Assembly: GCA_964584335.1 (NCBI GenBank)
Contig: CAZOZN010000001.1
Span: 243,882 to 307,881 of the forward strand
DNA: 64,000 nucleotides
Direction of reading: 5' to 3'
From: an uncultured archaeon
Lineage (GTDB): Archaea > Aenigmatarchaeota > Aenigmatarchaeia > PWEA01 > JAGHBM01
Shown one piece after another: positions 1 to 8,890 of this stretch; position 1 is the stretch's first letter; every line of letters starts with the position of its first letter. Under the pieces are notes generated by a model. The model searched no databases. It saw only the letters and a list, made by a program, of their open reading frames with translations, and was not told where the DNA came from. Made by a program: the position numbers and the translations under genes.

Positions 1-153
1 AAAGGTTTGTATGATGATGTCGTATCCATAAGCACTTCTAAGCTAAAAAAGAAGCTTGAGAATGGTGATGTGGATGTAGAGGTGCTTGTTAATTTAAAGG
101 CGGAAAAGAAATGGCTTGTAAGGCTGAGCAAGAGAAAAAACGATAATAATTAA
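1..153 (+). CDS. 3' end of a hypothetical protein (partial)
   Basis: Open frame from base 1 (KGLYDDVVSIS...RKNDNN) to TAA at 151-153. Confidence 0.5.
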   Translation, partial: KGLYDDVVSISTSKLKKKLENGDVDVEVLVNLKAEKKWLVRLSKRKNDNN

Positions 154-318
154 TAAAAAATAAAAAGTTGGGGTTGAAAACAACTCAGAACACCCCCATG
201 TACTGAGAAAACGATGTGTTTCAACCCCCACCAATATTATATATTATATTTTTTGATATTTAAACTTTTCTGTTGTTATATTTTAAAATTTTTTAAGCAT
301 TGTAAATAAACTTTACAT

Positions 319-648
319 ATGACTGAATCTTCTGAAAATAGAAAAAAATGCAGTTTTTGCAAAAAACCATTCTCGGAAAGCATGCCTTTTAGGTGCAAGT
401 ACTGCGAAAAAATGTTTTGTTCTGAGCACAGACTGCCCGAGAATCATGACTGCGAAGGTCTCAAAAGCTTAAAGAACAAGGTAGAAAGGGGAGATTTTGT
501 AATGTTTCCAGAAAAAAAGGTTTCAAAGGAAATAAAAACGGATTTTTCATCCAAAGATAATTACGGTCCTTATTATCATTTTGGCTACGGAAGAATATTA
601 AATAAAATAAAGAAATTTTTGAGAAAGCTAAAATTTTGGAGAAAATAA
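319..648 (+). CDS. AN1-type zinc finger protein
   Basis: CxxC...FRCKYCEKMFCSEHRLPENHDC AN1 motif. Confidence 0.85.
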   Translation: MTESSENRKKCSFCKKPFSESMPFRCKYCEKMFCSEHRLPENHDCEGLKSLKNKVERGDFVMFPEKKVSKEIKTDFSSKDNYGPYYHFGYGRILNKIKKFLRKLKFWRK

Positions 649-689
649 TAAGTCTAACTTTTTTAAATCAAAAACTTCAAAAAATAAAC

Positions 690-956
690 ATGAAGAAGAT
701 AATAGTTGTTTTTTTGATTGCTGTTGTTTTGTTTGTTAGCGGTTGCATATCAGAGATAAAGGCCATCGGGGCAGAGAGCTTCACTACGGGAAGAAAGTGT
801 TCCGATATCGGGGAAACAGCTCTTTCAAAGAACCAATCAATGAAAGAAAATTTAGAGATATATTGTATGGAACTCTGCGGCATGAAAAACATGGATTATG
901 CCACCTTTAAATGTGAAGCTGATATGCTTGTTTGTTACTGCCGCTTTACAAATTAA
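690..956 (+). CDS. Small Cys-rich lipoprotein, CS-alpha-beta (defensin-like) cysteine pattern
   Basis: Start reassigned to MKKIIVV; lipobox VSGC; C...CxxxC...C...CxC; paralog at 24089. Confidence 0.7.
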   Translation: MKKIIVVFLIAVVLFVSGCISEIKAIGAESFTTGRKCSDIGETALSKNQSMKENLEIYCMELCGMKNMDYATFKCEADMLVCYCRFTN

Positions 957-3900
957 TCAGAATTCTATATAGAAACCGTCTTTTTGCTTTTTTACAATTC
1001 CTTCTACTGTTCCAGTTCCTTCTGGGACGTGTTTTTTGCTTAGCCCGAATATTTCGCCTGTAGAATCTCTTATTTCGTAGAGATTTTTCGTTTTACCCGG
1101 GTATTCGAAAGATATTATTTCGCCTGAAATAGAAACTTTTTTGCCTTTATATTTTCTGGGCTGCGAAAATATTTCTTCTATTCCCACTGGAACAGGCGGT
1201 TCGTCTTTTTTATTTGAATTTATCATATCCATTATCTTGTTTCTGTACATGAATCCTGCCCCACCCAATACTATGAGGATTATAAAGACAAAGATAATTG
1301 GTAAAATTGAACCGGAACCTTTTTTTGCCTCTAAACCACCACAGTCTGAAGGGCATGTCATGTTGTTTTCGTGTATTCCGCATATATTATCCCCACAAAT
1401 ATCAACGTTTTCTACATTTCCTGAATCAGCAGGTGGCGTTTCATTGTGGTATTCGGGGGGTATTACTTCGGGTATGGTTGTTGTGGTGTTAAAATACGGG
1501 CTTCCTGAACTCCCACCACCACCGCCTCCGGGTATTGTTGTTGTGGTTGTAGTTATCTCTGTTGACTCAAAAACGCCAAAAGTACTGAAATGTGTGACGT
1601 TAGCCCAGACAAAATTTTCTGAAAGATCTATGCCACCATCCTGCAATGACCAGTTTCCCTCTGATTCGTTGTAATAAAATACTCTCATCTTGTTTTCTTC
1701 TATTTGAGTTTCATCAATTTCATCGTTTGTGTAATGGAACCTGATTATGGCCCAGGACAATTCATTATTTATTCCAGATGATTTTATCTCAAGATATTTG
1801 TTCAGGTGAGTTGCGTTGTATCCGACTTCTTTAGGATTTTCCTCGTACATTGACATACCTATAAATGCATCCGAGACATCATCCAGCATTTCCAGTATTA
1901 AACTTATTTTAGAGGAAGTCCAGCTTATGGTATTTTCTCCATCATCAAGGGAAAGTGAAGTGTCAATAGTTATTCTTTCTGCTCCGTTTGTATTGTTCAG
2001 TTCTATGTCTTCAGATTTTTTTGTAAAGTTGTTGCCTGAAATATCAACAGCGGTTATATTAAAATAATAGTTCCATTGAGGCCTGTTTCCGATATCGAAT
2101 ATTAGAGACCAAAATTTATCGTCTTCTGTCAGGTTATCTTCCCTTATAACACCGTCTTCGTCACAGAATTCTGAATATATATAATCGATTTGGTGGTTGT
2201 CATAAGCTTTTACTATAACTGCCAAATCTTCGTTGGATTTGACTATGCTGGGTAATATTGTTATGTTTGTTATGTTGGGACTGGTTGTATCTATAACTGT
2301 CAGGAACCTTGTCATATTTGAGGAAGTGTAGTTTTGATTTTCGTTAAATACGGCGGTGTAATTATATATTCCAACTTCATGTGTCTCCTCATACGGGTTT
2401 TCCACTGAGCTACCGTTTAATAGAAGTTCGGCTTCCAGTGATGATACATTTATTCTTCCCTCCACTTCTGTTTCTTCTGAATAGTCTGCCGTAGAGTTTT
2501 CGTCCCATTCATTTCCATCAATGTAAAGCTTCACGTGGGTTGATGATTTGGTTATGTTTAATGTGCTGTTTTTTGATGATGAATTGTAAAATTCTTCCTC
2601 TGATATGTTGCATATTATACTGTATCCCGTTGGGTTTGCGGGAAGAATTATTTTATTGTTGTTGTAAGAGTTTTTTAGCTCCTCATCGATGTAAAGTCTT
2701 GTAGCACCTTCTCCGTGGCATGTGCATGATAAGTTTGTTACTGTTCCGTATATGAAAGACCATCCCGATGAAGATGTTAAGTTACAGTAAGACTTGCCTT
2801 TTTTTACAGTTAGCGTCTTGTTGTCCAGTAATTTTTGGTCAGTATAGTTAGTACAACCGCTCACGTTAAGCTTATAAACATAATTTCCGGGTATAGGCGT
2901 CCACAAATTCTGGGAGTATTCTGCGCCGTTTTTCCACATTTTGTATTCACAGTCGCTGTCTCCTGTATTGTTTTCAGAGTATGTCGAGAAAGTTTCCTCC
3001 GGGTAGTAAATTACACAGGGTGTGCCGTTTACTATCTCTCCTTGTAACAAACCCTTTCTTACTTCATATACTTCCTGAGAAGTTCTGTTAATGTTTCCGA
3101 AAGAGTCATTTGCATACCATCTGTAAATGTATTTTCCGGCTCCTAGGCCGTTCTGGTCATAGTAATATTCATCTCCATTTTTTGTATTTACCGTGTAATT
3201 TTCCATAATACCTGTAAAGTTGTTTTCAAGCAATACTGTACCAATCTCTCCTGATTCTACCCATGTAATGTTGAACTGATAATTTTGTGATGAGTTGAAG
3301 GAAGAGTTTGATTCTGGGTATTCTTTTTTGTCTGAATACAGAGGAGGTTTCGAATCATAGGAAAAATATATTGAATTGTTTGTTCCTACATCTCCACCCG
3401 AGTTGTTGCAAAGTACGTAAATCCTTTGCTCGCCCTCAGAGGGGTTATCTATATCATCGTACCATTCAGTACCTGACCCGTACATTGAATTTTCAAAACT
3501 AGCTTCATTTATGCTCCATCCGCACCAGTCTGCGACTTCACCTAGGCTTATGTTTATGTCTACGGGTTCCTCTGTATAGGTGCTCCCGTTTATTGGGTGC
3601 CTTACAGATACTTCGATTGGCCCGGAAATTATCAGGGCCCTGGCTGATGATGAGTTTTTTATCCCAAAATCTTCCTCCCAGCACTCTATTTTCCATTCAT
3701 GCACGCCGAATGTGATGTTGTAGCTCATTTCTCCTATTGTCCCATTTTCAACTTCAGTGGTGTTTTTTTTATCTCCGTTTATTATCAGGTCGCATGTGCT
3801 TGATGAAGATTCTTTGTTATATGAACTGAAGTTAAATTTTATTTTTGTGTTTTCCGTGCTTTCATAATCGTAAGGCTCAATTAAGTTTATTCTTGGTTTG

Positions 3901-5099
3901 AAATCCGGCTGACTTGTCTTGTTTACGTAGTATACCATATCTCCCAGATTGCAGTTGTCATTGAACCTTATCTTAAAGTAGCCGCTCTGTCCCCAGCTAG
4001 TGCCCCAGCTGTTTTTTAATAGCCAGTAGCTGGTCGAGTCGTCTCCAGTATCATTATATCCGACTAAAATCACCGCATGGTTTGAAGTACCTCCTGAACC
4101 GCAGTTAATAAATCCTTCGCCGTCTGTTGTCTGTTTCATGTATATTGCCACTGAAAGAGGTCCCTTATCTATTATCCATTGTTCAAGTTCTTCGTCTGTC
4201 AAATACGGTGTCGAATATTCTGAATAGTCAACACCTCTTATATTCCATGTTCTTTCTGAGTGGTCAGAGCATCTGTTTGAACAGCTTACTTCGCTTCCCG
4301 TGTAACTAAAACAGTCTTCATCTACTATTCCTGTCTCGTTTAAATACTGAAATGTCAAGTCTAGAAAACCACCGTTGCAACCACTCTGGCATCCATAAGA
4401 AGGCCACGTCCATCCAGGATAACATGAGTGGTCACATGAAACTGAATTTTGCTCCGATAAGTCGGGGTTTAGTCTCGATTCGTTTTCGTTTATTTCGTAC
4501 TTTGATTCTAATGTTCCCGCCGAAGAGAAAGCCCAGCACGAGCCGCATAAGCCTTGGTTTTTTATTTCAGTAACCCATCCATAATCACTGTCAAAGAACA
4601 TCGAACCGTTTTTTGCATATATTGTATTGTTGGGCGGGTTTCTCCAGTCCCAGAAAGAGAAGTCTGAGGAATTGTATTCAGACCCCAAACCGGTTACGAT
4701 ATTTTTTGTTTGTTTTTTTGGCATGCTCAGCTTGTTCTGATTAAAATCATTAAGTTTTTCCCCAAGGTTCATTAATTCAGCAGCCCGGATATTTTTCTTT
4801 GAAATTTTATTAGTTTTGTTGACACAAATTGCTCCTGATTCATTTTCAACAGTCTCATAACCGTTCAGAGAACAGTATGAATATTCCTTTCCGCATTTGC
4901 CCTTAAAGAAATTCCACTCTTCGCAAACTTCTCCCGGCATTAAGCAATATCCCCTTTCTCCCAGCTCGTTTTTTTCAATATTATAACCGTATCCCAGCTC
5001 TTTGCAGTATTCCGCGGACGGGTTTTTGAGCCCAAGTACCATAACCGGGGTTATCAAAAATATCAAAAGAATTTGTATTAGGAGAATCCTTTTTTTCAT
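957..5099 (-). CDS. Membrane-anchored papain-family (C1A) cysteine peptidase with DUF333-like N-terminus, Ig-like repeats and C-terminal OB-like domain
   Basis: Signal peptide; NPSAEYCKELG; QGLCGSCWAFS, NHAVILVGY, WLLKNSWGTSWG; VTHFSTFGV; Thr/Gly linker; TM helix. Confidence 0.9.
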   Translation of the reverse strand: MKKRILLIQILLIFLITPVMVLGLKNPSAEYCKELGYGYNIEKNELGERGYCLMPGEVCEEWNFFKGKCGKEYSYCSLNGYETVENESGAICVNKTNKISKKNIRAAELMNLGEKLNDFNQNKLSMPKKQTKNIVTGLGSEYNSSDFSFWDWRNPPNNTIYAKNGSMFFDSDYGWVTEIKNQGLCGSCWAFSSAGTLESKYEINENESRLNPDLSEQNSVSCDHSCYPGWTWPSYGCQSGCNGGFLDLTFQYLNETGIVDEDCFSYTGSEVSCSNRCSDHSERTWNIRGVDYSEYSTPYLTDEELEQWIIDKGPLSVAIYMKQTTDGEGFINCGSGGTSNHAVILVGYNDTGDDSTSYWLLKNSWGTSWGQSGYFKIRFNDNCNLGDMVYYVNKTSQPDFKPRINLIEPYDYESTENTKIKFNFSSYNKESSSSTCDLIINGDKKNTTEVENGTIGEMSYNITFGVHEWKIECWEEDFGIKNSSSARALIISGPIEVSVRHPINGSTYTEEPVDINISLGEVADWCGWSINEASFENSMYGSGTEWYDDIDNPSEGEQRIYVLCNNSGGDVGTNNSIYFSYDSKPPLYSDKKEYPESNSSFNSSQNYQFNITWVESGEIGTVLLENNFTGIMENYTVNTKNGDEYYYDQNGLGAGKYIYRWYANDSFGNINRTSQEVYEVRKGLLQGEIVNGTPCVIYYPEETFSTYSENNTGDSDCEYKMWKNGAEYSQNLWTPIPGNYVYKLNVSGCTNYTDQKLLDNKTLTVKKGKSYCNLTSSSGWSFIYGTVTNLSCTCHGEGATRLYIDEELKNSYNNNKIILPANPTGYSIICNISEEEFYNSSSKNSTLNITKSSTHVKLYIDGNEWDENSTADYSEETEVEGRINVSSLEAELLLNGSSVENPYEETHEVGIYNYTAVFNENQNYTSSNMTRFLTVIDTTSPNITNITILPSIVKSNEDLAVIVKAYDNHQIDYIYSEFCDEDGVIREDNLTEDDKFWSLIFDIGNRPQWNYYFNITAVDISGNNFTKKSEDIELNNTNGAERITIDTSLSLDDGENTISWTSSKISLILEMLDDVSDAFIGMSMYEENPKEVGYNATHLNKYLEIKSSGINNELSWAIIRFHYTNDEIDETQIEENKMRVFYYNESEGNWSLQDGGIDLSENFVWANVTHFSTFGVFESTEITTTTTTIPGGGGGGSSGSPYFNTTTTIPEVIPPEYHNETPPADSGNVENVDICGDNICGIHENNMTCPSDCGGLEAKKGSGSILPIIFVFIILIVLGGAGFMYRNKIMDMINSNKKDEPPVPVGIEEIFSQPRKYKGKKVSISGEIISFEYPGKTKNLYEIRDSTGEIFGLSKKHVPEGTGTVEGIVKKQKDGFYIEF

Positions 5100-5194
5100 T
5101 ATTAATATTTGAGATTGGTTTCTTTTAAATTTAAGATATTAATCATTGTTTTAATCTTCATAAACTTTTTATTCTTAGTTTTTTAATTTAAACC

Positions 5195-6097
5195 ATGGAA
5201 AATGAAAAAGAGGACAATATAATAACTTACGAGACTTTCAGAAAATTTCAGAAAAATGAAAGAGATAATGATAATTTGCAGGAGCTTCCTGAAGATTTTT
5301 TTCAGTCCTGTGCCGAGTGGATAAAGAGAAAGGGAGAGGCCTACAACAAAACCAAGGACACAATGATTTTGAAAGAGATAGAGAACGTGATGTCTATAAT
5401 AAAGGACATTCTTGACAGGAGAGAGAGAAAGCTTCTTTTGATGGCCATGCATGCTGTCAGAAGTGATGCGGTTCCTCAGAATTTGCATTCCCACGAGGAA
5501 AAACATTTTGACAATATAGTGAGTCACCTGAAAAACATGAGAGTGAATATACTGGGAATTATAAAGGGAGAAAAAGGCGAGACAAAGAAACTAGAGAAAG
5601 AATTAGAAAAAGAGATAAAAGAAGAGGAAGGGAAATTGCCGAATTCATTGAACATTCCTGGCAAGGAATTCAAGGTAAAGGGCTTGAAAGAGGAAATAAA
5701 AGAGGATGGCGAGAAGGAATGGGAACCCGAAGAACAGGAAAAGGAGGAAAAGCCGGTTGAAAGGGATGCTGTTAAGCCAGAAGAGAAGAAAGAAGAGAAA
5801 GCCCAAACGGAAGAAAATGAACCTGATAAAGAAACTAAAGAAGAGAATAAGATTGAAGAGGAGGAAGAAAAGATTGAGGAAAGGGAAAAGGAATTGTTTC
5901 CCGAGGATAAATTTGACAAGGTAAAGGAGCCGGAAGGATACAAACATGTTAGAGTTATAGAGGATGTTCCACAGTTTCTGGGTACTGATGGAAAAACATA
6001 CGGACCTCTAAAAAAGGATGATATAGTTACTGTAGAGGAAGAGGTTGCAAAACTTCTTGTCAATAAGGAAAAGGTTGAGATAATAAAGGATAATTAA
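5195..6097 (+). CDS. gins51: DNA replication GINS subunit (Gins51-type) with long acidic linker
   Basis: N-terminal helical domain (ILDRRERKLL); C-terminal B-domain VIEDVPQFLGTDGKTYGPLKKDDIVTV; upstream of L44e as in the conserved archaeal cluster. Confidence 0.85.
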   Translation: MENEKEDNIITYETFRKFQKNERDNDNLQELPEDFFQSCAEWIKRKGEAYNKTKDTMILKEIENVMSIIKDILDRRERKLLLMAMHAVRSDAVPQNLHSHEEKHFDNIVSHLKNMRVNILGIIKGEKGETKKLEKELEKEIKEEEGKLPNSLNIPGKEFKVKGLKEEIKEDGEKEWEPEEQEKEEKPVERDAVKPEEKKEEKAQTEENEPDKETKEENKIEEEEEKIEEREKELFPEDKFDKVKEPEGYKHVRVIEDVPQFLGTDGKTYGPLKKDDIVTVEEEVAKLLVNKEKVEIIKDN

Positions 6098-6190
6098 CCT
6101 TCTTTGCTTGGATTAATATTTAAATACTTGCTTCTTATAAGATTCTAAGTAATTTAAAATTACTACCAGTTTGATAATTGGTGATAAGTA

Positions 6191-6481
6191 ATGAGAATGC
6201 CTCAAAAGATTATAAAATTTTGTCCGTTTTGCAACAAGCATACGGAGCATAAGGTTAGGCGTGAAAAGGTCGGGGCCAGAAACAGAAGGAAAATGGCTGT
6301 AGACCAGAGAAGGGTTGCCAGAAAGAAGAAAGGTTATGGTAGTTTTCCCAGGCCCAACCCCAAGGGAAGGGAAAAACCCACAAGAAAACTTGATTTGAGG
6401 TATATGTGCATGGAATGCAAGAAAGAGCATATAATTGGACAGGGTTTCCGTGCAAAGAGATTTGAGCTTGAAAAGAAATAG
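6191..6481 (+). CDS. rpl44e: 50S ribosomal protein L44e
   Basis: FCPFCNKHTEH, GYGSFPRP, KPTRKLDLRYMCMEC. Confidence 0.97.
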   Translation: MRMPQKIIKFCPFCNKHTEHKVRREKVGARNRRKMAVDQRRVARKKKGYGSFPRPNPKGREKPTRKLDLRYMCMECKKEHIIGQGFRAKRFELEKK

Positions 6482-6502
6482 GATTGAAGAGGTGTAGTAT
6501 AT

Positions 6503-6688
6503 ATGGCAGTTAAACTGGAACCAAGAAGTAAGTTTTTGAATGTAAAGTGTTCTAAATGCAACAATGAGCAGATAATATTTAATAAACCTTCTTCTGATAT
6601 TAAGTGTCTTGTTTGCGGAGAGCTTATCTGCAAATCTACCGGCGGATTAGGGAAAATAAAAACCAAGATACTTGAAAGGGTAGAGTAA
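6503..6688 (+). CDS. rps27e: 30S ribosomal protein S27e
   Basis: SKFLNVKCSKCNNEQIIF...CLVCG...TGG. Confidence 0.97.
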   Translation: MAVKLEPRSKFLNVKCSKCNNEQIIFNKPSSDIKCLVCGELICKSTGGLGKIKTKILERVE

Positions 6689-6727
6689 TCTTTTATAATT
6701 AAGGATACAAAAGATTTAGTGTTATTT

Positions 6728-7504
6728 ATGGTTAGAAGAAAAAATGATTATCCGGCAGAGAGAGAAATTATAATCGGAACGGTTAATAATATTAATCCTT
6801 ATTCTGTTTTTGTAGACCTTGATGAATATCCCGACAAAGTCGGCATGATACACATATCTGAGGTCGCAAGGAAATGGATAAGGGATGTTAGAAACTGGGT
6901 AAAAAAGGGACAGAAAGTTGTTTGTCTTGTTCTTGGTGTTGATAAAGAAAAGGGCCATATAAGCCTCAGTCTTAAGAGGGTTTCGGATAATCAGAGAAAT
7001 AAAAGGCTTCAAACATGGAAGAGGGATGAAAAAGGCGAGAAACTTCTAAAGGCAATTGCTGATAAGAAGGGAGTTACATTGGATGATGTTTACGAGGATA
7101 TCGGGTTTGAAATACAGGAAAATTTCAAGGATATGTTGGATGTGTTCGAACTTGCGGTAAGAAAGGGTAAGGATTATATAGAAAATAAAGGAATCCCTGA
7201 AAAGTGGTCTTCTGAAATAGATGAGATAGCTTCCGAAAAGATAAAAATACCTAACTTGAGGATGGAAGAAGAAGTTGAAGTCAGGTCTTTTGATTCTGAC
7301 GGTATAGAAAAAATTAAAAAAATATTTAATGATGTAAGCAATAAGAATAAGATTTCTGTTAGCTACGTTTCTGCACCGAAATACAAGTTATCTTTTAAAA
7401 CTAAAAACCCCAAAGAAGGAAAAAAGATTCTTAGAAAGTCCTTTGACGAAATAAAAGAGAAAATTGAAGAGATTGGCGGAGAGTTTATAGAACGAACAGA
7501 GTGA
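6728..7504 (+). CDS. eif2a: Translation initiation factor 2 subunit alpha
   Basis: S1 domain GMIHISEV, KGHISLSLKRV, YVSAPKY; operon context. Confidence 0.95.
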   Translation: MVRRKNDYPAEREIIIGTVNNINPYSVFVDLDEYPDKVGMIHISEVARKWIRDVRNWVKKGQKVVCLVLGVDKEKGHISLSLKRVSDNQRNKRLQTWKRDEKGEKLLKAIADKKGVTLDDVYEDIGFEIQENFKDMLDVFELAVRKGKDYIENKGIPEKWSSEIDEIASEKIKIPNLRMEEEVEVRSFDSDGIEKIKKIFNDVSNKNKISVSYVSAPKYKLSFKTKNPKEGKKILRKSFDEIKEKIEEIGGEFIERTE

Positions 7505-7508
7505 GAAA

Positions 7509-8105
7509 ATGACTGACGTATTGGGTTCGGACCCAAAGCTTTTTTGGAATAAGGATTCAGCCAGAGAATATGAGAAAAATAACGGAATAAGAAAAACCCA
7601 AGAAATTATGACTGAAAGGGGTATGGAACTTTTAAAGCCGGAAAAAGGCAAGGTTTTTCTTGATATAGGCTGCGGCACGGGTTTCTCGTCCGTTTCACTA
7701 AGGGATTCGGGGTTTAATGTTTTCGGAGTCGATATATCCAGGTATATGGTTGATATAGCCAGAGGAAAGGGACTTGATGTTTTGGTTGGTGATTTTAAGA
7801 AACTGCCTTTCATTGAAAAATCTTTTGATTATATAATTTCAATATCAAGTCTTCAGTGGATAACCGGAAAGGACAAATACGAGATAAAAGACAAATACGA
7901 AATGTTTGCTTCGGAAGTATACAGGGTGCTCAGGAATAAAGGGAAATGTTTCATACAATTCTTTCCCGGAACGGAAGGGGAGATGGATATCGCTCTGAGG
8001 TCTTTTAGAAAATCAGGTTTCGATGGTTTTCTTGTAAAGGACGAGTTCGAGGACAGAAGAAAGAACAAAGATTATATTTTATTAACAAAGGGTGGAAAAA
8101 TATGA
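7509..8105 (+). CDS. Class I SAM methyltransferase, Bud23/WBSCR22-like
   Basis: LDIGCGTG motif plus PxxFxNxxxAxxY, QxxMTxRxxELL, SFDxxISISxxQW, QFxP, GFxGxLVxD. Confidence 0.8.
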   Translation: MTDVLGSDPKLFWNKDSAREYEKNNGIRKTQEIMTERGMELLKPEKGKVFLDIGCGTGFSSVSLRDSGFNVFGVDISRYMVDIARGKGLDVLVGDFKKLPFIEKSFDYIISISSLQWITGKDKYEIKDKYEMFASEVYRVLRNKGKCFIQFFPGTEGEMDIALRSFRKSGFDGFLVKDEFEDRRKNKDYILLTKGGKI

Positions 8106-8257
8106 ATATGATAAAGAAATGTTTTGGCTGTAACTTGTATACGCTTAAGGATGAATGCCCAAAATGCGGCAAGAAGACAAGAACACCACATCCCCCCAAA
8201 TTTTCTCCCGAAGACAAGTATGGAAAGTACAGAAGAATGGCAAAAAGCAAGGCTTAG
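8102..8257 (+). CDS. nop10: H/ACA RNP protein Nop10 (absent from ORF track)
   Basis: Read by hand: [51 protein letters not shown]. Confidence 0.95.
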   Translation: MNMIKKCFGCNLYTLKDECPKCGKKTRTPHPPKFSPEDKYGKYRRMAKSKA

Positions 8258-8268
8258 CCGGTGTTTAC

Positions 8269-8856
8269 ATGAAAAAAGTTTTTGATGAAATATATAAAGT
8301 TAAGGATTATTTTGGCAAAAAACCTGATATAAGAATGACTAAGATATTGGATTTAAAAGATTACGGAAGTGTTCTTGATTTGGGTGTTGGTCACGGGAAG
8401 AATTCCCTCTTTCTTGCAAAGAAGGGTTTTGAATTGACCGGAGTGGATTTTTCAAAGAGCGGTATTGAAAGTTTTTTGGATTCTGCAAAAAATGAGGGTC
8501 TTGAAGTTAAAGGAATTTTGATGGATATAACGAAATTTGTTTTTTCAAAGAAGTACGATATTATAATCAGTACCGCTACACTTAATTTTCTTAAAAAAGA
8601 AGAGATATATGACTTGATAAAAAAAATCAAGGATAACACGGAAGAGGATGGTCTGAATGTCATAATGGCTTTTACAGATGCTGTTCCAAGCAAAGTTCTG
8701 ACTTATTCTTTTAAGAAAAACGAGCTTAGAGATGCTTACAAAGACTGGAAAATTCTTTATTACGATGAATATCTTACGTCTGTGGAAGAACATAAAAACC
8801 AAGGACCTCACAGGCATTCCTGTGCTTTTTTAATAGCCCAAAATAAAAGTATATAA
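8269..8856 (+). CDS. TehB-like class I SAM methyltransferase
   Basis: VLDLGVGHGKNSLFLA, YDIIISTATLNFL, FKKNELRDAY; start moved to MKKVFD after nop10. Confidence 0.8.
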   Translation: MKKVFDEIYKVKDYFGKKPDIRMTKILDLKDYGSVLDLGVGHGKNSLFLAKKGFELTGVDFSKSGIESFLDSAKNEGLEVKGILMDITKFVFSKKYDIIISTATLNFLKKEEIYDLIKKIKDNTEEDGLNVIMAFTDAVPSKVLTYSFKKNELRDAYKDWKILYYDEYLTSVEEHKNQGPHRHSCAFLIAQNKSI

Positions 8857-8890
8857 AAGATAAACTCAAAATAATACTAATTGTGGTTTT

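Noticed and set aside
1141-4573. Several plus-strand ORFs within the C1A protease gene
   Set aside because: Antisense shadows of a well-supported 1380-aa CDS; no motifs
5524-6063. Ser/Phe-rich minus-strand ORFs
   Set aside because: Mirror of the Glu/Lys-rich GINS linker
7872-7901. GACAAATACGA short tandem repeat
   Set aside because: Two copies in coding sequence ([10 protein letters not shown]); no wider pattern
8155-8268. N-terminal extension of the 233-aa methyltransferase ORF
   Set aside because: Overlaps nop10 in another frame; real start is likely 8269
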